46,582 nt of DNA. Source: a virus (taxonomy: Duplodnaviria > Caudoviricetes). The DNA is taken from the IMG/VR virus record IMGVR_UViG_3300005323_000012, positions 1 to 46,582 of that record. One strand, written 5' to 3'. The position numbers were made by a program, and so were the translations under genes. The number at the start of each line of letters is the position of its first letter. Within the stretch, counting starts at the first letter, position 1. Below are positions 46,034 to 46,582 of the stretch, one piece after another. Under the pieces are notes generated by a model. It was not told the origin of the DNA. It worked only from the letters and a program-made list of their open reading frames with translations, and made no database searches.

Positions 46034-46302
46034 GGCTCTACCTCCTGGCAATCAAAAAGCCCAAAATCTCGGCTATTGTCGGCGGCCCGGTGGTAGCTCC
46101 TGACCTCGGCCTCAAAAGGCACCCACAAGCCAGGCACAGCCCGGCCTTTCGGGAACTCCTGCAGAGGAACCCAACAGTAAGGCAGGCTGCCGCCCGGAAC
46201 CTGGACGTTCGTGAGGATCACGAAGCCCTTCCTGGAGACTCCGGCCACTTCGGCGGCTACCCGTATGCGGCGGCCACGATAGGGGGCGAGAAGAGATCTC
46301 AT
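46030..46302 (-). CDS. Hypothetical OB-fold-like protein (probable start MRSLLAPY)
   Basis: GGAGGGAG SD; beta-rich FEAEVRSY...DFGL. Confidence 0.5.
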   Translation of the reverse strand: MRSLLAPYRGRRIRVAAEVAGVSRKGFVILTNVQVPGGSLPYCWVPLQEFPKGRAVPGLWVPFEAEVRSYHRAADNSRDFGLFDCQEVEP

Positions 46303-46465
46303 AGCTCCCTCCTGCCCTGAGATCCCGGCTTCTTCCGAGCGGCCCACGGCGTTTTCTGGCCAGCCCAAAAATGTTGCTTCGGTGGCTCGCGGTAGCCCGG
46401 CCCCTTCGCGCCTCGGTGCGGGCTCATGGCTGGGCCTCCGCTTCAGCGAGCATGGCCCGAAGTAT

Positions 46466-46582
46466 ATCCATGCACAGCGGGCCGTTGCTGCCCTCGTTCC
46501 AGTCGCTTGGATCCTCATCGATCATATCTAGGAGCAGATCGATGGCCACTTTCCGCTCTTCTGTGATCTGCCAGACAGGCGG
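46466..46582. repeat. Terminal direct repeat (copy 2)
   Basis: Identical to 1-117. Confidence 0.97.

Noticed and set aside
1-46582. CRISPR mini-array, integrase or transposase
   Set aside because: No regularly spaced repeat-spacer units and no recombinase or transposase motifs recognised

Overview
A complete, circularly assembled (117-bp terminal repeat; about 46,465 bp unique) head-tail archaeal virus with siphovirus-like gene content. The host is most likely a Methanothrix/Methanosarcinales-type methanogen, inferred from DUF1724/FilR1-like and HTH_45 regulators, TATA-box promoters and host-like secreted proteins. Nearly all genes are on the minus strand. In order they form a replication/recombination block (DinG/XPD helicase, D5/P4-type helicase, Bet/RecT, ERCC4 nuclease), a structured non-coding region with a degenerate tRNA, and a head module (TerS, TerL, portal, head-tail joining proteins, a MuF-protease-scaffold fusion, capsid, NUMOD3-HNH). 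Next comes a diversity-generating retroelement with target/VR, TR, RT and a small accessory gene; all 23 TR/VR mismatches over 111 nt fall at TR adenines. The tail module follows (two tube paralogs, a chaperone with an A_AAA_AAG slippery site, tape measure, S74-chaperoned fibre, SGNH-fused tail-tip protein, three tail-collar paralogs). The 1-8 kb accessory region holds several RHH/wHTH regulators and a DUF1724 regulator + UbiA prenyltransferase pair, a possible signal-synthase/receptor module. Several intergenic RNA structures (K-turn with anti-SD loop, c4-like junction, tRNA minihelix) suggest extensive RNA-level control. No integrase, DNA polymerase or CRISPR array was recognised. All protein family calls come from motif recognition by eye, not database searches.
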